Below the pieces are notes generated by a model. It ran no database searches. It saw only the letters and a program-made list of their open reading frames with translations, and was not told the DNA's origin. From Marsupella aquatica (Eukaryota; Plantae; Marchantiophyta), in NCBI GenBank assembly GCA_973895155.1, contig OZ316893.1, positions 26,400,798-26,464,797 of the forward strand: a stretch of DNA of 64,000 bases. The letters are read 5' to 3'. Made by a program: the position numbers and the translations under genes. Shown piece after piece: positions 12,586 to 25,139 of the stretch (within the stretch, counting starts at the first letter, position 1; every line of letters starts with the position of its first letter).

Positions 12586-14727
12586 CTTCTATCTTGTTGC
12601 CTTTTTGATGTTGAGGACTACTTGCATTGACTGAATTCCTTAGTACAATCTTTCCAAAATTGATCTCTAGGCACCTTTCTGGCCTTCACTATCCATGGCG
12701 TTTCCAGTACTCTTCTGCAACTTCAGTTTGTCTTGCCTCTGTTGTATGCATCTCGCTAAATCTATGACCACTTACCCCAGTAATTGTTTGCTTGCTTGTT
12801 CCAATACAACACTTTCTCACCAATCTGAACCAGAAAACTATACATTTGTTTCTCATCCCATATTTCCCTACAATCATGCCCGACTCTGTTTTGTGAGTTT
12901 GCACGGAGGAGATGGTCTGAGTTCCCCAAGAGTGCCAGTCTGGCTGATAATGCACGAAGAGTACATTCCTTCGCATCTGACAATTTAAGGCCACAGCCTT
13001 TGTAAACTAGTTTACTCCATCTCGTTTCCCAAATTGCCACAATCATTACTCCAAAAGGGTTACTTACAACTCCAGCCAAATCTGTAGCGACTGCTTAGGC
13101 CTTCATCGGTTTCTGTATTTTCAAAACAACTGTGCCTATACAAGGCTTGTCCATCTCCTTATATACTCAAAACATTACATATCCTATGCTCTGGTTGAGT
13201 TTCACTAATCTATACGAATATAACTTGGAATCTTGGAAATACAAAGGAATATGTACTTGGTGCGCTTTTCCGGGACAAATATTCTAGTAGTTGCACTATT
13301 CAAAGAAATTGTTTTACAATTGAATCCCACAGTTGCATGGCGTGGTGTCCTAGCACTATGGTACACACTTCATTTCCGTAGATGGTTTGATTGGGTTTCG
13401 CTACCAAACCAGAAAGGGAATCTTTCACAAACATGGGTCCATTGTCTGCTGTACACTTTTTATAGAGTGGATTTTCAACGATTGGCCTGACGAGTGTGGC
13501 TAGCAAGCTTTTGGTTGGATGGGGTTAGGCTGGCAAACTTCTGGTTGATGGGGCCTAAACTTCTGAAATCACTTGAGGGATGGGTGGCTTGGTGAGGTCT
13601 AAACGGGAAATCACTTCATGGGTTGCCTTTTAGTTCCATTGGCAACTGTGTTCTTCTGTCAGCTCCTATATAGGCTTCAAAACCCACTTCTGGACCACGT
13701 GTGCTACATTCCACACCATATGCTTAATCTTCCCGATACCAAATACAGTCAGTGAACACCTTTCAAGAGCGGGAACGATGAGTTCGAGTGAGAGGGAGCT
13801 GATGAAATGTTAACAATTTGTAATGTTAGTGCGCGCCACAATACAGCAAACTGACCCAGGTTGGTGATCGTAATCTAACCAAGTCAAACTCTGGATCTTG
13901 GATGAAAGATTGACGCTGTTCGGATCCAAATCAAGGCTTTGTAGCCAAAACTGAAGCCTACGAAATACATCTTGTTAAGTAGTCCCCCAAGTAGACTGTC
14001 AACGACATGACAATCAGAGCCGTATCCGATTATCGGGAACAGAAGTAGTGACTATGTAAGGATACCTGTATATTCTTGTGATGCAGAAGGCAGGCACATG
14101 ACTGACATGACTTAGCAAGATGAAAGCCAGCAAATATCTTCAACGTAATAAATAGCCTAAGCAATCCAAAGCTCACCACCACCAGATGGCATAAACGAAC
14201 TTGACGAATTTCATCACAATTTGCAAATTCAACAGGCGTACTTCGGAAAATTGTAAAACTTTTTGGAAACGGCACCTCTGGACACTTCTGGAAGTAAAAA
14301 TACTGTAAATACTGTCCCTACTCAAGGTCAGAAGATTTTCTTCGTAAATGATCAGAAACCTGACATGGATAGCTAAATGTTCTTAGACTGAACATCATGG
14401 GATTCTTCAAAGGAAGTCGGTCAGTTCCAGCACATATTTACGAAGATTTTTAGTTGAGCAAACAGAGGCCATTTCATCCTGAGCACCTCAAATGGTTACG
14501 GGGGTCTAACTGCAAACTAATCCATATTCGCACCTAAATACCCAAGTGAGGCAAAGGGCAAGTATATGAGGTGGACACAATAATGTTAAGCTAAGTTGAA
14601 AGGACTTCATACGACAGGCCTGATGATATAACTCAATTCCGAGGTATGAGATGAACTATGTACGAGACATTTTGTCAATACCAAAACTATTGCGAGGGTG
14701 ATAGGACCCTGAATCTTTGTTGTGTTC

Positions 14728-17700
14728 TCATATTTCCTCATCTTCAAAGGGATCCCGCTCCGGGTAGTCTCCAATCTGGAAAACGGGTGATTTTCATTTA
14801 GATAATCTTGATCCACAAGGTCAGCCAAGGAAAATAATGAACTTAGACCTGAATACTTTAACTGGAGTTTTACTTGGAAGACAAAACAATATCATCAAGT
14901 ATAGCAGAGTGGAATTGAACTAGATCATCACTGGCAACAGAATAGTTTGGGAAAGAAAGCGGCCTCATCACAATAACTACACAACAGTTTCCAATTGAAA
15001 TGGTATGGCCAATTGGTGCAGGCGTAGCCATCCGACCTTTAGTCTATCTGGCCGTAGCATAGAACCAAACGGTGAACGACACGTAAAGTATCTCTTCGCT
15101 TTCACTCTGCACAGACATGTACCCAGTAGTCTTAATAAGAGGATTAGCGGTGGTAGCTACAACACGAATTTTTCGTGACCTTCTTATTTCCACAAAAAGG
15201 AAAACGATTAGTCATCTTCCAACTTACAGAGGACCGGACAGATCTCTCGTTAGTTTGCTTTCACATCCTTATCTTGTTCTTCGAATGCTTTTCAAATATC
15301 ATCGTACAATATATTCCTTTGACTTTTCTTAACTGCGCATAAAATAAAGATCAGAACTTCTTAACGACAGAAGGGAGTTTAAAGATCATACAGGCCATCA
15401 TGCTTCCCAACTGGTTCATCATATTGGACCCCAACCCAAAAGCCAAGTTTTAAAGTCTCTGCCCTTCCAACGAACTTTACCACACCTCGTTTGCCTCCTG
15501 GATCAACTTCACATCTATCCCCAACCTGCACACGATACAGTACACACTTCTAACATCACCAATATAGGAGAGAACTCTCCAATTGATAGACATGGGCAGC
15601 GTATTCAGCATTTAAGAGCAAATGAGCACAGAAGGCAAGTTATCAGGGAGCAATCACATACAATCCGACTCACAAACTATTTTATCGAGTGGGAGTGATT
15701 CATCCGATAGCTCAGGACTCGAGATTTGATTCAGTGGTTATAACGGAACAAAATTGTCGTCGTACTTTCATGCCTGATGCTAAGTCTTCCATGTAGCTAT
15801 CGTCCAGTGGTTGAACCTGCAAGCCGGACATCATAAAAATTATCACACAACCCAGAGAAATCATGTTCCTACCCCATGTACAAACTGGATTACCAGGTAG
15901 AGGAAAACGGCCAGGTCATACACTGAAGTGACGGTTCCTCCAAAAAATCGTACTCAAAAAGTACCTAAAAGTTGTAATGGAATATGAGGCGTCCTTCAGT
16001 CAAGACTCCCAAGACCACCATGAATGGACTTTGACTGACCTCTGGAAGAGGCACCCCTCTCCTTGAAGCCATTTCCTGTGCAAGAAAACCAAAGAGCAGA
16101 TACATGAATTAGAAGGCTTGAGGGCCTGAATTTTCGATGCTACAAGAATTCAATCTCAATATACATATGAACTGCGAAATGGTAAGTAGCCGTTTGGGCT
16201 ATGATTCATGATTCGTCCAGAAATTCACTGAAAGGAAGCCAAAGAGTAATCCTATCTTCGCATAAATTTTTCATTCGCGAGCACTCACAAATCCAGAAGA
16301 TTTATCATTATTACCAAGGATTTGACAGATTATTATTAAATTCCTTGGCCCTTCCGGGTAAGCCAAGATTATTTCAACAGATTTACGCCGGCCACTGTTA
16401 GTGACTCTTGCAGGATGGCAACGGAAGTCAGTGTACCTTTTCCAGAGTCCATGTCGGATCTTCTTCGAGTCGCTTTTCTTTGAATTTTCTGTATGTGTCT
16501 GAAAGCACGAAAGTGACAAGTCTCATTTGCGTGCGGTGAACCGCTAGTGCAAGACTGGAAGTACCTTGGTCATCTTTAATTACAACTAGGCAACTACTCG
16601 ACGACTGACACCTCGCCCAGCTAATCAGAAATATCTTGAAGTTGCCCTTCCTGCCATTCAATAAAAGGAATGGACACACATTCGTCCCGCTCTCTTATCG
16701 ACCTCTTTGTGGGAGAATCTGGGGAACCTACCATCACGCTTATTGTACGCATCATCTGAAATAGTGTATTTCTCAATCAATGAAGTGTCTTCCAGCCAGC
16801 CTGCTGCTGCAAGTGACCCTGGGTCAAGGTCTACAATGTGAATGAGGTACCTGTGAACCACTTACCCAAATGACACAACCGTCATGAGCCAGCCTGGTGA
16901 TCAGAATCTCCTGTCAATCAGCAGGTGACCACATATCACTCGAGACTTAAGATTAGTTGTTTCCAATGAAGCATAAATGACAAGACTACAACGGCAGCCG
17001 AAGAATACAGCCAAGAAATTTGAATGAATAATGTATCTTCAAAGCTACTTTTGTGGTTCAGCTTAACGAGATAAAGATAATTGTCACAGCACCCTGAAAT
17101 TCTGTCTCCAATCAGAACCTAATTTTGGATTTACTTTAACGTGAGAAGCCGGGAAGTTCACCACGCTGGTCTCCGCCAGTCAGGGATGGAATGCATAATT
17201 CTTCCGCACGAAGGAAAGGGTATCAGAGGGAGTTGAATGTGTAAGTACCTACCCGTCAGATGGAGAGTAATACCCTAATGCTCGATTATCTTCCACTAGA
17301 TCATAAAGCTTTGTATTTTCCTCATCGAATAGCTGCAGGTACATTGACTCAACTGCCGTCCCAGTGTGCGTCCGCAGCCGTTCCTTCACATTCCCGATCG
17401 TTGTCTGAGGCACATCGCCTTTATCAGATTAGTCCAGCAATTCAGACGTAACTGTCAACTTCAAGACAAATTCAGAAGCAAAATCTGCATAATTTGGAGG
17501 ACACGAAGTTGGCAAGGATTCGATAAGCGCTTCCTAGTTCTTCGAGGACTGAGTATGGACTATAATTACACCATTCGACTGTTTCATCGAAAATCTCCAG
17601 TAACGTAAATGTCAGGGTATGTCATTTGTTCGTCATTGCCATCTTCTCCAGCTCTAACTTAAAGCTTGGAAATGGGCACATTATTCGAGAAAATGCTCAT

Positions 17701-17989
17701 AGCAGGTGGGCTTTCCGAGCGGCTGCTCCTCCGGGATCGATTAATCTCTCTATCGATTCCGAGTTCCCACATAGAACCATAGACAACTAAACAAATAGAC
17801 GCAGCAGAGAGGTAAACACTGGGAGGTGATACGATGGAGATTACAACTTACGTGTAGATCGAAGCGCAGTTCCTGAAATCTTGCTTTCAGGTTGGAATGT
17901 GTCACTTGCAAGAGGACCATGTCCTCTGCCTGGTTCTGTGAAGACGGGACCCTGACATAGTTCCTTAGAGACTCTAACGCGACCGACAT
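14728..17989 (-). CDS. TFCB: Tubulin-folding cofactor B (ubiquitin-like domain + CAP-Gly), ~269 aa, 9 exons
   Basis: Exons 17989-17852, 17404-17253, 16850-16732, 16498-16437, 16075-16040, 15816-15766, 15525-15392, 15106-15037, 14775-14728. GT-AG, total 810 nt. Motifs: VTHSNLK...LRFDLH; IHIVDLDP...[22 protein letters not shown]; CAP-Gly [17 protein letters not shown]...[17 protein letters not shown]; C-terminus [14 protein letters not shown]. Confidence 0.95.
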
Positions 17990-18399
17990 TCTCTCCCGAG
18001 CAACAGGGGAAGGCTCGAGCAAAGGAATGTAGAGAGGCAAGGCGACGGACAGCAAAATGATGTCACTCCACGGAAAGCACAATCTGGAGATGGAGATAAA
18101 TCATGACGCGATTCATGTCAACAAGATGAGGAGGCAGGACAGCGCTCTGGAGTCTGGACTGAAGAATCTCGAGGGAGCCCGGGCGGATTAAAATTCAGTG
18201 CACAGATCTAGTGACCATCGCCAGAGTCAGAAGCTCTCCTGCACAAAAGATACATGAGTATCCCAAAAACAAAACAAAAACGGGAGGCAGTTACACTACA
18301 AAATCCCATGTTGGTAATCACAATTACCCTTTCTTTGAACGTGGTAATCACACATTATCAAAACTAGCCCCGATTACCCTTCTTTGAATTTGAAGGGAA

Positions 18400-19130
18400 G
18401 ATAATAAAAATGTCACCAAAATATATTTTTTATTCACATATTTTGAAGTTAATAAAAATAAATAAAAAATATCATACATGTTATTATTTTAATAATCAGA
18501 CATAACATATTATAGTACTCTTTTCTATGCACATTTTTAGTTTTTCTATACTACATCCCATTTATATACATATAATATGGTGGGGCCATAGAGATCAATT
18601 TTTAATATAAATAGAAATCATAACAAAAAGTAATAATAATTTTCATTTGAATCATGACATACATCATAGACATCAATTTTCTCATCATTCCACATGGAGT
18701 TACGGTCTAGAGGCTTCACTCTAGAAATCTAGGCCCCAACTCTAACTTGTAATTGCAGATTTATAAGTAAGATGTGTTAATATTGGCCCCCACTACGCGT
18801 TCTTTGAAGGGGAGTTAAATAAAACTGTCACCAAAAACAAAATGGTGAAATTATTTTTTGAGTTTAATGAAATTATTGTACAAGTTTATCATTTTAATAA
18901 TCATGCACAACTCATCATACCCATTTCTATGCACATATTGGTGTGGCCATACAGTTCATTTTTTAATATAAATAAAAATCATGACAAAAATCAGACATGC
19001 TTATCATTTGATATATATCATAGTCATGAGTTTTGTCATCCACATGATAAGCCATGGAGTGTCTGGAGTCTTCACTCTAGAACCCTAGGCCTCAACTCTA
19101 GCTTGTAGTTGGGGCTTTATAAGTAAAATA
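18400..19130. repeat. Degenerate AT-rich ~350-400 bp tandem duplication
   Basis: Collinear shared blocks TGTCACCAAAA, TTTCTATGCACAT, TTTTAATATAAATA.AAATCAT.ACAAAAA, CTTCACTCTAGAA..CTAGGCC.CAACTCTA.CTTGTA and TTATAAGTAA in both halves. Confidence 0.75.
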
Positions 19131-19199
19131 GGGAGTGCACATTTTCTTATTTATCTTTAAAATGTAAGATGTGCACTTATTGATTTAAAGAAAATAACT

Positions 19200-19497
19200 A
19201 GGTTTATCATGGTATGGAGGGATGTACTACTATATATTGATGTGCAATTATCGGGACTACAAAATTGGATTTGGCGAGAGACCAACAAAAGTGACATGAA
19301 TGGCTTTAGTTTATCATGGTATGGAAAGATGTCCTACACCATATATGTCATATTTTGATGTGCAGTTACCAGTACTACAAATTGGGTTCGGCGAGAGATG
19401 GACAGAAGTGACATCAATGGCTTTACAGTTTAGTGAAATGCAAATCATAGAAGCGCTGGCAGGAGAAAGTATTTGTGTGTGTGTGTGTGTGTGTGTG
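19200..19497. repeat. ~110 bp tandem duplication followed by a (GT)n microsatellite
   Basis: GTTTATCATGGTATGGA...GTGACAT.AATGGCTTTA occurs twice. (TG)n at 19474-19497. Confidence 0.8.
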
Positions 19498-20199
19498 GCA
19501 ATCAATACCGATTTGAATGTGTGTATGGCAATCAATGTTTCCTTTCTCACTGAATTCTCCCAATGTATTTGTGACGGACCCCACAGTGTGTTACTTGATG
19601 GACCCCTGAGTTTTTTATTACCTTAATTTAAGGTTGATGATTTAAGGTCTATCAATTGTCTGATTTGTGGATGTTGATTTGAGGTCTATTATTAGTCTGG
19701 ATCATTGAGGGTCTCGTCAGGTAACACTTTTCATTTTGAGGGTCCATCAAGCATGCACCTCAAATTTTCCCACGTTTGCTACCAAGTGAATCTGCACATT
19801 TGCTGTGAGGTGAAGTGGCTAGCCAATAGGGCATCTCAAACCTGGCTGATCCCCATTTTGTTTTTTGGGGGGGTGGGGGGAGGGGCATCCAGAGACTGAA
19901 AAGCTTCTCCCAAACGGAGTGCCAGGACCACCATCTAAAGTTACCCCCAGGGGGTTCTTTGGATTGACTGGGGTGGGCAGATCCAAATGTGGGTTTAACC
20001 AGGCATAAGCTCTATAGTAAGTCCATTTAACCAGTAACAATTCTGCTCCCCCCTCCCCCAGGCTGGCCCAAGTGCTTGCATTCATAGTCAGAGTGGTTTG
20101 TGTAAAATGTTATGATCCTCCCCCGCTAGTGTGAATGTGCAATCATTTTGTAGAAAAGTTTCAAACATTCATTTCCCCCTTTGAATGCGAATAGATTGA

Positions 20200-21554
20200 C
20201 CCAGCTTCAAATTGCTACACTCCATGACCATTGTGGGTGAATCAAGCTGTAGAAAGTCATGATTCTTTTTGAGTTTTTTTCCAACTAGGCTAGGAAATGC
20301 CTCCCAATCCATTTGCCCATTTTTCGGTCCTCCCAACAGTTAGTCTCTCCAATCAAATCTTGCCCAATTTCAAATTGCTACACTCCATGGCCATTTAGGG
20401 TGAATCACGCAGTAGAAAGTCATGATTCTTTTTGAGTCTTTTTCCAACTAGGCTAGGAAAATGCCTCCCAATCCATTTGCCCATTTTCTGGTCCCTGGGC
20501 CACCACAACATTGTTCAAGTTTGGCAAGGCAGCTAAATTCACTGATATAAGTTACTGATAATTGATTGTCTTAAGTGATGGAGTGGGATTACTATCCAGT
20601 TTAAAGCTCTCACATGACATGAGATCAAATCCCGCCCAACTTCAAAATGCCTCCCCCTCTATTTTCCCCTTTTTCCGGTACTCCCAACAAATAATCTCTC
20701 CAATCAAATCCCGCCCAACTTCAAATTGCTACACTCCATGGCCATTGTGGGTGAATTAAGCTGTAGAAAGTCATGATTATTTTGAGTCTTTTTCCAACTA
20801 GGCTAGGCCAGCGATGGTTATTTTTGAGTTTTTTTCCAACTAGGCTAGGCCAGCGATGGTTATTTTTGAGTTTTTTTCCAACTGGTCTAGGCCACCAATG
20901 ATTATTTTTGAGTTTTTTTTCAACTAGGCTAGGCCACCAAAACATTGTTCAAGTTTGGCAAGGCAGCTAAATTCACTGATATATGTTACTGACAATTGAC
21001 TGTCTTAAGTGATTCACTGATATATGTTACTGATATTTCACTGTCGTAAGTGATGGAGTGGGATTACCATCTAGTTTAAAGCTCTCACATGACATGAGAT
21101 CAAATCCCACCCAACTTCAAATTGCCTCCCCCTTCATTTGCCCATTTTTCGGGTCCTCCCAACAGTTAGTCTCTCCAATCAAATCCCGCCCAACCTTGAA
21201 ATTGCTACACTCCATGGCCAGTGGGGGAATTAAGCTGTAGAAAGCCATGATTCATTATTGAGTCTTTTTCCAACTAGGCTAGGCCACCACAACATTGTTC
21301 AAGTTTGGCAAGGCTGCTAAATTCACTGATATATGTGACTGATAATAGACCGTCTTAAGTGATTCACTGATATATGTTACTGATAATAATTGTCTGTCTT
21401 AAGTGCTGGAGTGGGATTACCATCCAGTTTAAATCTCTCACATGACATGAGATCAAATCCCGCCCAACTTCAAAATGCCTCCCCCTCCATTTTGCCCATT
21501 TTTCGGGTCCTCCCAACAATTCGTCTCTCCAATCAAATCCCGCCCAACTTCAAA
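20200..21554. repeat. Complex higher-order tandem array (~400-480 bp units containing ~40 bp subunits) directly upstream of UBR7
   Basis: Recurrent blocks TTCAAATTGCTACACTCCATG, GAGT.TTTTTCCAACTAGGCTAGG, AACATTGTTCAAGTTTGGCAAGGC.GCTAAATTCACTGATATA and CACATGACATGAGATCAAATCCCGCCCAACTTCAAAA. Confidence 0.92.
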
Positions 21555-21729
21555 TCGCTCCCCTCAATGAGCCGAGTAATTAAGTTCTTGAATGTCGATG
21601 ATTCTTTCCTCCCATCGTGCTCTCTCCGGGAGTGCGGAATTCATCAGCGTTCGAGCGGAGAGGTGAGCTGCACGGTGCCTCACAATCTGTACCTGTTCCG
21701 CCGTTCAATTCGTCATCGTTTGCTGATGA

Positions 21730-22260
21730 GCTCTCTCCTCTCCTCTCCTCTCCTCTCCTCTCCTCTCCTCTCCAGCGAAACGCTTGCTTGCTTTGTTCCT
21801 TGCTCGCTTGATGGATTGTTGATTGATTGTTGATTGGTTGTTGATTGATTGGTTTGTGGAGGCTTGATCGCTGGAATTGAGTGAGGTCGGGTTTCTTGCG
21901 AGGAAGGAAGAACGAGGAAGAGGGAAAAAGGAGTGATTCAGATAACCAGGTAGAAGGAGAGAGTGTTTTGTTAGGGTGAGAAATCTACACAAATTGGTTC
22001 ATTGATACTTATTGCGACACTGGAGTTGATTGAGGTTGATTTCTTGCGAGGACGAAAGAACGAGACAGAGAGAGTCATCTCGTTTAGGGTGCGAAATCTA
22101 CACAAATTAATTCATTGATACTTATCGCGACCCTGGAATTGATTGAGGTTGATTTCTTGCGAGGACGAAAGAACGAGAAAGAGAGAGAAAGAGAGAGAAA
22201 GAGAGTGTGATTCACAGCTCCGGGTAGAAGAAGAGGGTCTTCTCGTTAGGCTGAGAAATC
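21730..22260. repeat. (CTCTC)n and (TTGA)n microsatellites plus three ~115-150 bp tandem units in the probable UBR7 5'-leader intron
   Basis: CTGGA.TTGA.TGAGGT.G..TTTCTTGCGAGGA.G.AAGAACGAG at ~21871, ~22020 and ~22133. Donor GAG|GTGAGC at 21663. Confidence 0.8.
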
Positions 22261-22385
22261 TATACAAACTCCGGTCGGATTCGCTGGATAGTGAGTACCT
22301 GCGGAGGAGAAGAACGATTTAGGGCCGCTGTGTGGAAACGGCATTGAGTTTTTGAGCGAGGGAGAGGGGAGAGAGGAGAGGAGAG

Positions 22386-23759
22386 ATGGACGGGGGCGAA
22401 GGGCAGGAGAATGAGGAGGGGGAGCAGGTGGTGAGCATGTCGGAGTTCATCGAGGGGATGGAAGCTCAGCAACTGGAAGCGGACCTTGTCCTTGGAGGCG
22501 ATGAAGGAAACGAGTGCACCTACGAGAAGGGTTACATGAAAAGGCAAGCCGTCTTCTCATGTCTCACATGTACGCCAAACGGGAACGCCGGGTTCTGCAC
22601 GGCCTGTTCCTTGGTTTGTCATGACGGCCACGAGGTTGTGGAGCTTTGGACCAGAAGAGGCTTTCGATGCGATTGCGGAAATGAGAAGTTCGGGGCAGCG
22701 CTTGAGTGCAAGCTCTACAAAGACAAAGACTCTCTAAACAAGGAAAACGTATACAATCAGAATTACCGAGGGTTGTATTGCTCTTGCCATCGCCCTTTTC
22801 CCGATCCGGACAGGGCAGAGCAGGGGGAAATGCTACAGTGCTGTATCTGTGAAGACTGGTTCCACGAGGACCACCTCGGTCTCCCATCATCGCATCAGGT
22901 TCCACGCGATGATGAAGGAGAACCGTCATTCGACGAACTTGTCTGTCCATCATGCGTCGGCAGCTGTAGCTTCCTCTCTCAGTATGAAGATCTGCTTGTG
23001 CCACCGATGGAATGTCTTGAGGACGGTCCACCACCTACGTCTAGCGATGTTGAGGAGCCGCCGTCTTCCTCAATCGTCTCCAAGGATCATAGCGAAGTAC
23101 ATCATCCTCAAACTCCATTAGAAGTATCCGGGAGAGGCTCGTCTGAAGCGTCTGGCTCGAACAGGGACTCCGGAAAATCGACTCCAGACGAATGTCCCAA
23201 GGTAGTAACCCCCGCAACCTCAGGTAAGGGAAATGCCGAGATCGCAGTAGGAGAATCGTCGAATAATGGTGGAGTTTTGTATTGTAAATTGGCGCCGTTA
23301 TTTCATACGGGAGCGGCTCAAGTCGGGACAGATGAGGTTTCCACAAGTGAGGATGTAGGACTAGTGGGAGGAGGAAAACGATCAGATGCTGGCGGGCAGG
23401 CAATCTTTTTGGGCAAGTCCTGGAGAGCAGAGTTGTGTCGGTGTGACTCTTGCCTGGCCATGTATGCAACGAAAGGATTGTCCTTTTTGCTAGACACAGA
23501 GGACACGCTGCAGGAGTACGAGGAGATAGCGAAGAGGAAACGTGAGGAATCGCAGGTGAAGCAGGAAGGGACCGCATGGGATTTCATGACAAAACTTGGT
23601 CATGTGCAGAAGATGGAACTCATTCATGGTGTCACTGACATGGCAACCGAGCTTGAATCGTTCCTAGCACCATTTAGCCAGACCGGGACGACTGTTACGA
23701 GCGCGGACATTTATGAGTTTTTTGACAAACTTCAACAGAAGCGGAGAAGATTGAATTAG
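22386..23759 (+). CDS. UBR7: Putative E3 ubiquitin ligase UBR7 (UBR-box + PHD finger), 457 aa, uninterrupted ORF
   Basis: ADLVLGGDEG.ECTY.KGYMKRQAVFSCLTC...C.ACSL.CHDGHEVVELWTRRGFRCDCGN (UBR-box); N.YNQNY.GLYCSC.RP.PDP...EMLQCCICEDWFH..H (PHD); W...LCRC..C; C-terminal VT.ADI.EFF.KL. Confidence 0.96.
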   Translation: MDGGEGQENEEGEQVVSMSEFIEGMEAQQLEADLVLGGDEGNECTYEKGYMKRQAVFSCLTCTPNGNAGFCTACSLVCHDGHEVVELWTRRGFRCDCGNEKFGAALECKLYKDKDSLNKENVYNQNYRGLYCSCHRPFPDPDRAEQGEMLQCCICEDWFHEDHLGLPSSHQVPRDDEGEPSFDELVCPSCVGSCSFLSQYEDLLVPPMECLEDGPPPTSSDVEEPPSSSIVSKDHSEVHHPQTPLEVSGRGSSEASGSNRDSGKSTPDECPKVVTPATSGKGNAEIAVGESSNNGGVLYCKLAPLFHTGAAQVGTDEVSTSEDVGLVGGGKRSDAGGQAIFLGKSWRAELCRCDSCLAMYATKGLSFLLDTEDTLQEYEEIAKRKREESQVKQEGTAWDFMTKLGHVQKMELIHGVTDMATELESFLAPFSQTGTTVTSADIYEFFDKLQQKRRRLN

Positions 23760-25139
23760 ACTGTTCTAGAATGTTTCAGTTCACAGCTCTTCTAGTTTCT
23801 TTTTGCCCCGTGAAATCTAGAGGGTTATTTGGGGATGATTGCCCGTCGTCATTTCAAGTAAACAACATTGTAATTAAGCTAGCAGCAGGGATGAGGGAAT
23901 AGGACGATCATGCTTCAGATGGAATTTCAAGCAACATTGATCGAATTCAGCGAAAATGGCATCCACTGTCCTGCCTTGCGGCTCTGGTCTTCGAACCGAT
24001 TGGGCATTTGGTTGCGCTTTTTCTGGATCGCCCGCCGTTCAGTATACGGCCTGGCTGTATTTTCGGTTGATGTGACAGTTTCTTGACTTTGGCTCACTGG
24101 CGGAAGACTTTGGCTCGCAGAAGTAGGACACAAAGGAGCACTATTGAATTTGATTAGAGGCATACTTGACGGAGTCAGGATGGAGTGTCTTGATAAGTTG
24201 ATGAGACAGACACCCTCGTTTGCAGAGAATGAGCTTGAGTTGTGATCAAACCTTCAAACAACCGGCATCCTACTCTTGTCTGAAGGAGTTTTCAATCTGA
24301 TCATTGTAGAGGTAGGATGCTCGGTTAGAGTCGAGATAGAACACAGCAGGTTCAAAGTGCCGGAACAGGACAATCGGAATGTTTAGTCTCTTGACCTCTT
24401 TCCTACGACCTCGTATTTCTCAATTAGTCTACAGGAGTGCAGCTTGGGAGACCTCTTTGCGTTAAGCCTACAAAGTTCATAATGCGTGAGATTTATAGTC
24501 TTTTGTTTAACGTTGGACACTGCTCCAGACCCGCTTTATCTTGAACTACTGGAAAAGGGCATGAGGATGGTCTTGATGATTTTCTTTTCTGTTGTTCTGC
24601 GGTCATGGCGAGCAACAGAACCACGCCGGTGTCCCCTTATAAGCTTTCACTCCGTGATCGGAATTATTGATTGTGAATACAATCAATAGTCCTGCCCATT
24701 GAGCTCGTCGTTTGTGGAATTGTTCAGTTGTTGGATGCCAGTCAGAGCTTTGGCACACCACTAGGCTCTTACAACAATTTCTTGATAACTTGACATCTGG
24801 GAAACCATGAATACGAACCAAGTGCCATCGAATGTCCATTCCAACGAGCCTTATGCACACATTTCCTGGATAAACCTGCCATCTGGGCAGTTTGACATGC
24901 ATAAAGCACGAAGTTTAGGGTTTATCTAGACGCCAATAATGTGCGCGAGTGCCCAGTTTGAAGTGTATTTCTAGGTCTACCTATTTTCTACTCTGTAGAG
25001 ACTGTAGACAATTGTACAAAAATCAGGTAACCAACAAGACGAGCACGTTCAACAGATGCGTGAATGATGTTTCCCTTCAGAGACGACTGCTTATGCAAAG
25101 TTGCGTTTACGTAGAATGGCGATCTCACTAATTCCCATG

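Noticed and set aside
12690-13200. Possible LINE ORF2 C-terminal remnant on the minus strand
   Set aside because: Only vague W-rich similarity, multiple stops and no RT or endonuclease motif.
20721-20945. Repetitive ORF (WPSLVGKKLKNNHR)n
   Set aside because: A by-product of the ~40 bp subunit of the tandem array; no evidence of coding function.
22564-23587. Long antisense ORFs over UBR7, and similar ones over SWI3A and REN exons
   Set aside because: Shadow ORFs of GC-rich coding sequence with no recognisable motifs.
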